From assembly GCA_051453625.1 (NCBI GenBank), contig JBOZIK010000001.1:34137087-34157086 (forward strand): 20,000 nucleotides of DNA, written 5' to 3'. How positions within the stretch are numbered: position 1 is the first letter of the stretch; every line of letters starts with the position of its first letter. The notes beneath the pieces are model-generated. The model saw nothing but the letters and a program-made list of their open reading frames with translations. It was not told where the DNA came from and ran no database searches. A program made the position numbers and the translations under genes. This document shows, piece by piece, positions 1 through 8,992 of this stretch. The stretch comes from Welwitschia mirabilis. Lineage: Eukaryota.

Positions 1-17
1 AAGAGATTCATTTTATT

Positions 18-250
18 AAGTCATTTATGATGCCCATAGCTTATCATTTCTTGATGATTCAACTTTTTGTTTTGCTACACAATCACCTCATTCTTTTAAG
101 TCATTTAAAATTCTAAATGCTTTTCGTTTCTTGATGCTTTAACTTTTCTCTCTACTATACAATGATCTTACTCTTAATTCATTTATGATGTCTAAGGCTT
201 TTCATTTCTCAATGTCTTAGCTTTTCCTTTCCATGACAAAATGGCTCTAT
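18..250 (+). repeat. Degenerate ~80-bp tandem repeat, 3 units
   Basis: aagtcattta...tttcttgatg...aactttt recurs at 18, 98 and 176. Confidence 0.7.
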
Positions 251-694
251 TATCTCAATACATGATTTATAGACAACTTAAAAAAAATATTACATTTTTT
301 AAAACATTCATTACTCACTAGAATCACACCTATCCACCGTCTAACATATGTATCTCATACATATCTAATGGTTGGTTTAGTATGTTTTTTTCTATTGTGA
401 TATTGAATTAAAATATGTGTATTTCATGTTTTTTCTAATAGAAACATTATCTCAATAACATATAATTTTATTCATTTCTATAATATATTAAATTTTATTC
501 ATTTCTATGAGATAAAATATCTTCTTTAAAAACTTACTTTTAAAATACTCTTATGATATTTCATTATGTTCATCAAAATAAAATAAATACTTTGTTCATG
601 TCTTATAATCCATAACTTTTACATCATTTATTATTAATAATGTTTATTAATTTTTTCTTATTTGCAATCAAAGGCATGTAACCACTAACTTAAA

Positions 695-1148
695 TGTATA
701 TTTTATATGCATCTAATATTTAACTGAGAGATATCAATTTCTTTCATCTATTAGATAAGGGTATAAGTATTAACCTAATTGCATTTTGCCTTTACATTAG
801 CATTGACTTTAACATAGTAAAAGTTAACTTTTTCCATAGTCAATATTAACTTTAATTATAAAGTTAATGTTGAACATTCACCAAAATTTAATATCTTACT
901 CTTAGCCAAAATTTCATTTTTCTTAGTTAAATTTTTTTAGGAGTGAGGTATTGAATTTTGATGAAAGATCAAAATTAACTTTATAATTAAATTTAATGTT
1001 AAAAATGGATAAAGTCAACTTTCTCTATGGTTAAATTCAAAGCCAATGTGAAGAAAAAATACAATTAGGTTAATTCTTGTATCCTTATCTAAAAGCTGGC
1101 AAAAATTGACATCTCTTAGCTAAATATTAGATGTATATAAAATATACA
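695..1148. mobile_element. Fold-back/MITE-like long imperfect inverted repeat (~215-bp arms, ~20-bp spacer)
   Basis: tgtatattttatatgcatctaatatttaactgagagatatcaattt (from 695) matches the reverse complement of the sequence ending at 1148. Pairing continues inward to ~910/933. Confidence 0.8.
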
Positions 1149-1149
1149 C

Positions 1150-1653
1150 TGAATATAGTTTAATAACATCCATAGACGCATTTACTAACCTAGCTTCAGG
1201 TTATACGCTCATTGTTAACATGATTCTAGCTTCTTAACAATGAAGAAGATTTATTTTGAATTCACTGTCAACATTATTATATGTAATTGAATCTTATGTC
1301 TTGTTTGTTATACATCATGCAATGGGAATTTACATTTGAAGAAAGAACTTTTCATTATGAGAGAAATCATATCATTCATTGTGAATAGATGAATTGCATT
1401 TTGGAAACTATCTATTTCATTAGAAATGAAAGAAATTTAGACCTTGTCATTAGAAATTCATAATAATCATCCTAAGATTTGTCATCTCTTATATCTAATA
1501 ATCCATTTATAAACCTTTATTGATTTGGATCATCACCCATTTTTCTATAAACTACATCTAATACAACAATTGTATGAAATGATATCCATACTATCTTCAT
1601 TTCCTTACTACCATTGTAAGGTCAACAATCCTTCATAGAAGGTAGCTAAGCAA
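1150..1653 (-). mobile_element. Decayed Helitron Pif1-type helicase segment
   Basis: A*LPSMKD...WISFHTIVVLDVVYRKMGDDPNQ*RFINGLLDIRD...FLMTR, SFQNAIHLF, ARIMLTMSV*PEARLVNASM. These match Pif1 QLPP, LxxxxRQ and ARVMLTxNL..GLVNG motifs. Same strand as, and downstream of, the Rep relic. Confidence 0.8.
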
Positions 1654-2130
1654 NNNNNNNNNNNNNNNNNNNNNNNNNNNNNNNNNNNNNNNNNNNNNNN
1701 NNNNNNNNNNNNNNNNNNNNNNNNNNNNNNNNNNNNNNNNNNNNNNNNNNNNNNNNNNNNNNNNNNNNNNNNNNNNNNNNNNNNNNNNNNNNNNNNNNNN
1801 NNNNNNNNNNNNNNNNNNNNNNNNNNNNNNNNNNNNNNNNNNNNNNNNNNNNNNNNNNNNNNNNNNNNNNNNNNNNNNNNNNNNNNTTCTTAATGTTTTA
1901 TTTAGTAAATCTGATGAGAACAAGCATCATAATAATACTTGTATTGTTTGGATACATATTCTTGAATTCATTCCTTAGAGAATGAAAAAAAAAAAAAAAA
2001 ATTCCTATCCTATAATGACTGCAATACCAAAAAAGTGTACGAATTCAAATTGTTTTTTAAGATGAAAATAAGATTTGATTTTTTGAAATAAAATTTAAGA
2101 TAATAGATGTGAAGGTTTTTTTGCATTTAT

Positions 2131-2216
2131 CTAGTAAAAACTTACAGTGTCCTGCCAAACAAAAGCTAATAGAAAAAAGAACACTAGGATAACTGGCATT
2201 ACATCAACAATTGGAT
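2131..2216 (-). pseudogene. psbK: Plastid psbK 3' half (NUPT)
   Basis: [27 protein letters not shown] versus PsbK [27 protein letters not shown]. The 5' half would fit in the adjacent gap. Confidence 0.9.
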
Positions 2217-2846
2217 NNNNNNNNNNNNNNNNNNNNNNNNNNNNNNNNNNNNNNNNNNNNNNNNNNNNNNNNNNNNNNNNNNNNNNNNNNNNNNNNNNNN
2301 NNNNNNNNNNNNNTAAAACAATCAGTTTTACATTAGATTCGTAAAAGTTTTTCCACAAATCCGTTTAGATTTTGATTGACAGTTTTTTCAAACATTATTT
2401 TACCATGTATAATAGAGATTGATCATTATGTAGATCATTTGCTTCAGGTAGGTTTGGAAGCTATCTTTATTTGAGTTGTATAGAATCTAGCCTATTTTTG
2501 TGGATTGACAAAAAGATAATGAAATAATAATTAATATTAATTATTATTACTGCTCATCTTATTTGACTTTTATTTAATTTTTAGGTAACTCGGGTTGATA
2601 ATGAACATTCTACAACTCACAATTATACATAGATATGTATAGTTGGCAGTAACATGACTTGATACTTACATTGTTCAAACATTTGTAAGAAATTGATTTT
2701 CTTATTAACTTAGAAAAATGGANNNNNNNNNNNNNNNNNNNNNNNNNNNNNNNNNNNNNNNNNNNNNNNNNNNNNNNNNNNNNNNNNNNNNNNNNNNNNN
2801 NNNNNNNNNNNNNNNNNNNNNNGATTTTCTTATTCACTTAGAAAAA

Positions 2847-2918
2847 TGGAGTGTCATCAAGTGGTAAGGGAACAGGTTTTAATATTTTTATTCAAAGGTT
2901 TGAATCCTTTGGTCTCAA
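2847..2918 (+). pseudogene. trnQ-UUG: Plastid trnQ-UUG pseudogene (NUPT)
   Basis: 72 nt, TGGAGTGTCATCAAGTGGTAAGG...GGTTTGAATCCTT...CTCAA, colinear with plastid trnQ; mostly C>T/G>A changes and a ruined anticodon arm. Divergent from and upstream of psbK, as in plastomes. Confidence 0.85.
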
Positions 2919-3239
2919 ACTCAAAAACCCTTTTTTTTTTTTTTGATGCAATGAAGTTTCCCAAAATCCAGTATAAAAAAGTAAGCTAGAATGCTAGATT
3001 TGTTGTTATTAGTGATAAATTCCTAAGAAGTTGAATATTACGATAAATGAGTGTGGACCCCTATTGTTTAGTGGTCCNNNNNNNNNNNNNNNNNNNNNNN
3101 NNNNNNNNNNNNNNNNNNNNNNNNNNNNNNNNNNNNNNNNNNNNNNNNNNNNNNNNNNNNNNNNNNNNNNNNNNNNNNNNNNNNNNNNNNNNNNNNNNNN
3201 NNNNNNNNNNNNNNNNNNNNNNNNNNNNNNNNTTATCAA

Positions 3240-4200
3240 TTTTATTTATTTCATCTTACACCAATAAACCTATTACTTTAAATAAAGGAATTGACATATT
3301 TTACATAGTATTCACCTTTATAGTTTTTAGACTAATGAAATTGCCTATCAACATCATGAAATCCAAGTAGCTCATGTTCACTCCTTTAAAGAAGGCCTTC
3401 ATTCAAAAAATGTCACCTTAGTACTTGATAATCATTTTTATAATATACCACTTTTGATGGTTTCATGTTTTCATGTAGATCCTTCTCGATGGTTGCACAT
3501 TTGAAATCTTCATCATAGGATGAATTATACTATTTAGTCTCTGCTTCTACATCTATCCTTTCAAATCATATTTGATATCTCTAAATGAATAATGAAGAAG
3601 CAATTAACCCTAGCAATAGGTCATCCATTTGTTATCATCTTTTTTGGGTTGCACAAGAACCTAGAAATAACTTTAACAATTACATGTTTCCTTTTAAATG
3701 CCATGTACTATCTCTTATCTTCCTTGGATTGAATATGTAATATTTTGCATAATTAAATAATGTCAAGCCTTTCATATGTAGTGGCTTATTTGGATATTGA
3801 TCCATCAATGTGTTAGACAGAATTTCTTCATCTACAAGTTATCTGTGTTTTACTTTCTTATATACCTCCTTAGGTACATTAAGAAAGACAAATACTCTGC
3901 TACTTTTAACTAAGGGAAGTCCCTATAAGATGTGGCATTTTCCATAGCTCCAACGTCATGAGCTATTATAGTATCTATCATAAGTCTTTTATACACTGAA
4001 ACGACAAGCTCACTGGATCTCTATCTTGTGATATCTTTGATTTTTATTTCTTATCCAACTTTGGAGAATACTTTCCAATATGTTATATAATGACATATTT
4101 ATTAAGTATAGATTATAGGTTGATAATCACTCATCATGTCTAGAATTATTCTATCATGAACATTTAACCTATCATTATTTCTCCTCCACACATACTTTTT
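3240..4200 (-). mobile_element. Decayed Helitron RepHel gene: end of Rep domain and linker
   Basis: With stops and frameshifts, in the expected order: RRNNDRLNVHDRIIL..SDYQPII, IGKYSPK, HDVGAME/HIL*GLPLVKSSRVFVFLNV, NTLMDQYPNKPLHMKGLTLFNYAKYY, YC*G*LLLHYSFRD. These match RNDxxLNxHN, YIAKY, RDxSAxEAxxxLxGLPL, YxxRP and YCxxxLxLYxPFR motifs. Confidence 0.8.
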
Positions 4201-4369
4201 CTCATTATTTTCATCTATATATAACCTAAATTCGTAAGGTTGTAACTTCTACAAAACATTACATCCAGATAAATTAACAAGATTAGTGTATATAATTTAA
4301 AATATTTATACTACTAAAAGAGTAGTATTATGTGGATACCTACACACCTATCAATCATTTCATATTCTT

Positions 4370-4740
4370 GTTTAATTTTGTAAGTTACTTTATCAATTTT
4401 ATAAGTTTCTTATTTAATTTTATAATATGTTTTTTTAATTTTATACATTTGTTATTTACTATTATAAGTTTTTTAATTTTGTAAGTCTAATAAGATTTTT
4501 AATTTTATGAGTACACAAGTTTTTTTATTTCTATAAGTTCTTAATTTACTTTGAGACAATTTTTTAAATTTTATAAGTTTTTTTCTTTTATAATTTTATA
4601 TGTTTGTTGTCTACTTTTATGAGTTTTCTAATTTTAAAAATTATTTAATTTTATAAATTGAAGGTTTGTTAATTTTATAAGTCCAAAATTTTTACAAGTC
4701 TGTAAGTTTTTTAATTTTATAAGTTTTTAAGTTTATAAGG
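4370..4740. repeat. AT-rich low-complexity minisatellite (ttaattttataagttt-like)
   Basis: Many degenerate copies of aattttataag. Confidence 0.7.
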
Positions 4741-4966
4741 AATTAATGGAGTATACCTCATTTTAAATGAAAATAAACCTAAACTCAATAGAGTGTAACA
4801 TCTAAGAAAATAAAATAAAGCAAGGGATAGGGTCTATTGAGTATTAAGGTATTTAATATGCATAAAAAATAAAATCTAAATAATGATAGTTTGTAACATT
4901 TAATAATTTAAATGAATTATGTCAAAGTTCCAATGTCATAGATTTGCAATACACAAAGATACAAGG

Positions 4967-5123
4967 ACGTTAATATTAAATTGATCGAAATAAAGTTAAC
5001 AAAATGGTAAAGCATTATAAGAATAAATTATTTAGACTAATAAATTGATGTTAATATGAGATTGCTCAAAATAAAGTTAGCAAAATGATAAAGCATTATA
5101 AGAATAAATTATTTGGACTAATA
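4967..5123 (+). repeat. 81-bp tandem duplication
   Basis: aaataaagtta.caaaatg.taaagcattataagaataaattattt.gactaata at 4988 and 5069. Confidence 0.8.
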
Positions 5124-5969
5124 GTTTCTAATCTAAAATGTCCTGATGTAAAAATTGCTTACAATTTAAATACAAACATATAAATTCAAAAACTTGGTAA
5201 GCTGCCAATGCTTTTATTCTTGTGATCTTTATTTTCTATGTAGGGTTTGCTACAATTTCAATTCCCCATAGTTGATTCCTTTGGTCTTGTTGATAATGGC
5301 CATCCTTTTAGCCCTTAGTTTCTATTTTTATAGAGTTCCTTTAATTTCAAATCCTTCTATTTGTCTTTTCTTTGTAGCCTTTGCAATTTGCTTGGGCGTT
5401 TTTTTATAAGCTAAGTTTACCTTTTTATTGGCCTCATTCAGTAGTTCTTTTTTTACCATTTTAAAAAATTATCTTTAATGTTTTAAATTAAATAATAAAC
5501 CTTTTAGTCGTCTCATTCAATAGTTCTTTCCATTTTATAAAAACTGTTTTTATTTTTAGTTAAATAATAAACTTTTTAAAAAACTATTTTTGGCTCATCT
5601 AATAAGTTTTTTATTTCTAAAACTATTTTTCGTTTTTAAATAAATAATAAATTTTTAATTTAATTAATTAATAGTTTTATCGTTTTATAAAGTTATTTCT
5701 ATGTTTAATTAAATAGTAAACATTTTTGAGAACTAGTTTTATTTTATTTGTTTTAAATAAAATAGCAAATTCTTACGCTATCCAGATAAATCAGTCACTG
5801 AAAATTGGCCTTTCCGGGCTAAACAACATCAATCTTATTTTCAAAAACTAACAAAATTTATGTTGAATAACTCAATGATTCACGTGTGCAAGGTGTAGAA
5901 TAAAGCAAAAGCAACGTCTTTTCTGAACACCACCCAATTTAGTGATCTGTTCGAAAAGGGGCGGTAGAT

Positions 5970-6024
5970 TGTCGTTTAGCTGTTCGAAACGGATCTGTCG
6001 TTTAGCTGTTCGAAACGGATCTGT
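5970..6024 (+). repeat. Perfect 26-bp tandem duplication spanning the laccase stop codon
   Basis: tgtcgtttagctgttcgaaacggatc twice (5970, 5996). Confidence 0.9.
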
Positions 6025-6284
6025 TAGAGGAGGTGCCTGTCGGTTGCCGTTGAATCGCAAGGCTGTCGGACAATACACATCTCTGAAAATCCGGCGGAGG
6101 CGGAAGCATCTTCTCATGCGGGCGAGAACCGTCGAGGGTCAAGAAAACCATAGACATGCCAATAGACATATGATAATCGACATGACAATGGAAAAACCAC
6201 ACGCCAGGATTGTCCGCCAGAAACCGGATGGCAGTTGGCAGATTCAACGTGTTCCGTTTTGGCGGATCCACCAAATTTAAGGTT
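6002..6284 (-). pseudogene. LAC: Laccase C-terminal segment, copy C
   Basis: [42 protein letters not shown]...PPPPDFQRC plus 24 further aa. In-frame 12-nt deletion relative to copy B (FNDWA becomes T). Confidence 0.85.
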
Positions 6285-6384
6285 NNNNNNNNNNNNNNNN
6301 NNNNNNNNNNNNNNNNNNNNNNNNNNNNNNNNNNNNNNNNNNNNNNNNNNNNNNNNNNNNNNNNNNNNNNNNNNNNNNNNNNNN

Positions 6385-6910
6385 GATACTCGACATGACA
6401 ATGGAAAAACCACACCCCGGGATTGTCCGCCAGAAACCGGATGGCAGCCCAGTCGTTGAATGGCAGATTCAACGTGTTCCGTTTTGGCGGATCCGCCAAA
6501 TTGAAGGTTTTCGGATCATTCACAGGATCGTAGTTGCCGAAGCCCCTGCCGACGATAAAGAAATCGTGGCCGTGTAGATGGAATTATGGTTCTTTCCCCC
6601 CAAGATGCCGACGGACTGGATAACCAACTGAATTGTCGAATTGCACCGCAGAACCTTCACTTTGGTGCCCTGTCACTCCCCGGCCATGTCGTGTTAGTGA
6701 AATCAAAAATCTCCTGCGGTCTGTCGGGGAAGTCCGGCGAATAAACGCCGGAAACGTTGAAAAAATACGCCTCGAGAATCGACAGAAAGGTGGGTTCTTT
6801 GAACGAAACGTTGTTCAGGCCGGCAACAACTCGCTCGTTGTTCGGGCCCATGCAGGTTATGTTGGGATTGCTGCAGGGAATCATGCCGGGATTCTCAATG
6901 AAGAACAGAC
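6385..6910 (-). pseudogene. LAC: Laccase 3' segment, copy B (near-identical paralog or haplotype, two frameshifts)
   Basis: Repeats 7444-7087 with scattered substitutions. Carries a 7-nt deletion (~6671) and a 1-nt deletion (~6583), then continues [12 protein letters not shown]...[13 protein letters not shown]. Bounded by 100-N gaps. Confidence 0.85.
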
Positions 6911-7010
6911 NNNNNNNNNNNNNNNNNNNNNNNNNNNNNNNNNNNNNNNNNNNNNNNNNNNNNNNNNNNNNNNNNNNNNNNNNNNNNNNNNNNNNNNNNN
7001 NNNNNNNNNN

Positions 7011-7086
7011 TGGGCGACGCCTCGTTTTCTGGCGCCGCCCTGGCAGTTGGCAGCACCGCCCCTTCTTGGGGTGTGCAGCGCCCACA
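7011..7086 (-). mobile_element. GC-rich foreign insertion in laccase exon 5; probable terminus of a young LTR retrotransposon
   Basis: Laccase homology stops abruptly after GAT TTC. The new sequence begins TGTGGGCG (LTR-like TG end) and runs into a gap. Copy B lacks it. Confidence 0.5.
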
Positions 7087-7912
7087 GAAATCGTGGCCGT
7101 GCAGATGGAAGTTATGGTTCTCTCCCCCCAATATGCCGACGCCCTGGATAACCAACTGAATTGTCGAATTGAACCGCAGAACCTTCACTTTGTTGCCCTT
7201 AATACTGTAACTCACCGGCCATGTCGTGTTAGTGAAATCAAAAATCTCCTGCGGTCTGTCGGGGAAGTCCGGCGAATAAACGACGGAAACGTTGAAAAAA
7301 TACGCCTCAAGAATCGACAGAGAGGTGGGTTCTTTGAACGAAACGTTGTTCAGGCCGGCAACAACTCGCTTGTTGTTCGGGCCCATGCAGGTTATGTTGG
7401 GATTGCTGCAGGGAATCATGCCCGGATTCTCGATGAAGAACAGACTTTCGTTCGGTGCTCCGTCGGGAACGCTAAAAATGTTCGCATCCGATCGGAGTCT
7501 GCGCAATGCACGGTAAAAGCGCTCCGCGGTGTCCGTATCGGCGGCCGGCTGAAGGTCTGGGAGTTTGTCTGGAATGCCGTTGGGAGACGGATAAGAGTTG
7601 CAGGTATAGTCGATGGTGGCCGTGGTTGTGGTCTCGTCGAAGGAAACCTTGTCGGAGGCCCAATAGGCTCGCGCCGCTACCAAAAATGAGTCTCCGCAGG
7701 CATCCTTGTCGAATGTTATCAGCGCGTCCGTGGTTTCCCCGGGCCCGACGACGATGATGTCCGTTTCAACCGGTTTTATGTACTGTGCGTCGACGGCGAC
7801 CACTGTGGCTGTGTGGCTGTAGAAACGGAGAAACATCGTGTAGGCCATGGCAGCGTTTATTATGCGGAAATGGTTTCTCCTTTGTTAACCTTTATGCGGG
7901 TCATTTCTGTAA
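7087..7912 (-). CDS. LAC: Laccase exon 5, copy A (frameshift near start; truncated after L3)
   Basis: TEMTRIKVNKGET, then a frameshift, then RIINAAMAYTMF...VVAVDAQYIKP...PGETTDAL...LNNVSF...[10 protein letters not shown] (ORF 6895..7848). Confidence 0.9.
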
Positions 7913-7969
7913 CTGCAGAAGATCAGAAAGAAGAGATTTGCAGGGTACAGTTCGCCAAAAATAACATGC

Positions 7970-8099
7970 CGAAGCAGTGGCAGAAGTTTTGGAGCGAGAT
8001 GTCCAGGATTGATGGTAAGCGAGTCGAAGAGTTTCGGTTTTCCTCCATCGAAAATGAATGCTGCTTCTATTTTCACGGGGTCTGCGTCCCACCACTCGC
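7970..8099 (-). CDS. LAC: Laccase exon 4 (3' end degenerate, donor uncertain)
   Basis: aatcag acceptor; GEWWDADPVKIEAAFIFDGGKPKLFDSLTIN. The usual TINGxPG is shortened, and the best donor is GCATGT at 7969, which is in the wrong phase. Confidence 0.75.
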
Positions 8100-8175
8100 C
8101 TGATTGAAAAAGAAAACCAAATTTGTTATTAGAATTTGACTGAAAATCATCGGCAACAGATTTGCAACGTCATAC

Positions 8176-8420
8176 CCAGAATGAGAATTTCGTCGCGGCC
8201 GGGGTACGCGTACGGATAGTTCTGAGGTTTTCTGGGAAGGATGACGAATGCACCGTGAACAGTAGCTCTAAGCCACGAGAAATGAGCGTGCCAAAAAAGA
8301 GTTCCTTCCTGGGTTTCGAGCTTGAATCTAGAAGTGAAGTTCTGTCCTGGCTGAATAGGGCACTGCGTCACGAACGCCGGACCGTCCGCCCAAGGATTTC
8401 TCATCTGCCGGACTCCGTGC
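8176..8420 (-). CDS. LAC: Laccase exon 3 (L1/L2 copper motifs)
   Basis: tttttgcag acceptor; HGVRQMRNPWADGPAFVTQCPIQPG...GTLFWHAHFSWLRATVHGA...ILILG; GTATGA donor; 245 nt. Confidence 0.93.
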
Positions 8421-8504
8421 CTGCAAAAACATAACGCAATAAAACGCAGACTTTAGATTCTCTTGGTGAACATATCTCCGCAGACGCTACTGCCAATAAA
8501 TTAC

Positions 8505-8656
8505 CAGTGCAGAGATGCGTTGTGTTTGGCCGCGTTGTGAACGTTAACAACAACGTTGTCGCTGTCGCGGACTCGGATGGTCGGGCCGGGAAACATACCG
8601 TTCACCGTTACGACATCGAGAGTTTTGCAGAGCTTCGTTATCGTCGTTTGTCTCAG
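8505..8656 (-). CDS. LAC: Laccase exon 2 (Cu-oxidase N-terminal domain)
   Basis: tgctcag acceptor; LRQTTITKLCKTLDVVTVNGMFPGPTIRVRDSDNVVVNVHNAAKHNASLHW; GTAATT donor. The 152-nt length is typical of plant laccases. Confidence 0.92.
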
Positions 8657-8735
8657 CTGAGCAAAGCCAGCATCATCATGAGACGCGGCTCTATAAACAA
8701 AAGACGCAGCAGAGAAAAAGTGCTGAAATACTTAC

Positions 8736-8834
8736 AACCCAGTCATAGATTCGGACAGCTGCGGATGCCCAAGATACAAAGAACCAGAGCACAAGGCTCA
8801 GCCAAAGCCTGCGGATTGTCACCGCCGAGATCAT
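8736..8834 (-). CDS. LAC: Laccase exon 1 (signal peptide)
   Basis: MISAVTIRRLWLSLVLWFFVSWASA-AVRIYDWV, with a hydrophobic core and A-S-A cleavage pattern. Followed by a GTAAGT donor, phase 0. Confidence 0.88.
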
Positions 8835-8891
8835 TCTGATCCCACTTGATGTTCAAACTTCACTTTGCAGTACTGCGGCTAGCTCCGGTCC

Positions 8892-8992
8892 TTTATAGAG
8901 GAAGCGAAACCCTAAAGTGGCCCTGAAACTCACTATGAAAATCTTTTCCTGAGTGAAATTATTTTCTGAGATTAACCGTATTATCACCTAAC
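8892..8992 (-). promoter_or_regulatory. Laccase core promoter: TATA box, telo-box, AC-III element
   Basis: ctcTATAAAg on the minus strand at 8897-8892, ~60 nt upstream of the ATG. AAACCCTAA at 8907-8915 and ACCTAAC at 8986-8992 (both read on +). Confidence 0.6.

Larger units (their letters stand above)
1915..3077. other. Nuclear plastid DNA insertion (trnQ-psbK region); boundaries approximate
   Basis: psbK and trnQ in plastid order and orientation, with AT-rich spacers. Possible psbI start fragment ATGCTTGTTCTCA at ~1927-1915 (-). Confidence 0.75.
6002..8834 (-). pseudogene. LAC: Plant laccase (multicopper oxidase) locus; disrupted and mosaic as assembled (pseudogene or mis-assembled paralogs/haplotypes)
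   Basis: Spliced by eye: exon1 8834-8736, exon2 8656-8505, exon3 8420-8176, exon4 8099-~7970, exon5 from ~7912. Introns 1-3 are GT-AG. Copper motifs: L1 HWHGVRQMRNPWADGP, L2 GTLFWHAH, L3 [11 protein letters not shown]4 [19 protein letters not shown]. Frame breaks near the exon-4 end and at 7867-7871; foreign insert at 7011-7086; 3' half repeated across gaps. Confidence 0.92.

Noticed and set aside
1915..1930. psbI gene
   Set aside because: Only ~13 nt resemble the psbI start; too short to call.
2695..2850. 28-bp direct repeat flanking a gap (similar gtaggacct repeat at ~17489/17598)
   Set aside because: Unmerged contig overlap on either side of a 100-N gap; an assembly artefact.
2847..2918. 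Functional tRNA-Gln
   Set aside because: Anticodon arm, acceptor stem and TTC motif are mutated; listed as a pseudogene.
3054..3077. ggacc...ggtcc hairpin
   Set aside because: Short, imperfect and at a gap edge; at most a plastid spacer stem-loop.
1633..3370. ORFs composed mostly of X
   Set aside because: Read-through of assembly gaps; only the psbK tail is real.
5942..8839. Long plus-strand ORFs (e.g. 6757..7689, 8507..8839)
   Set aside because: Antisense shadows of GC-rich laccase exons; several are inflated by N runs.
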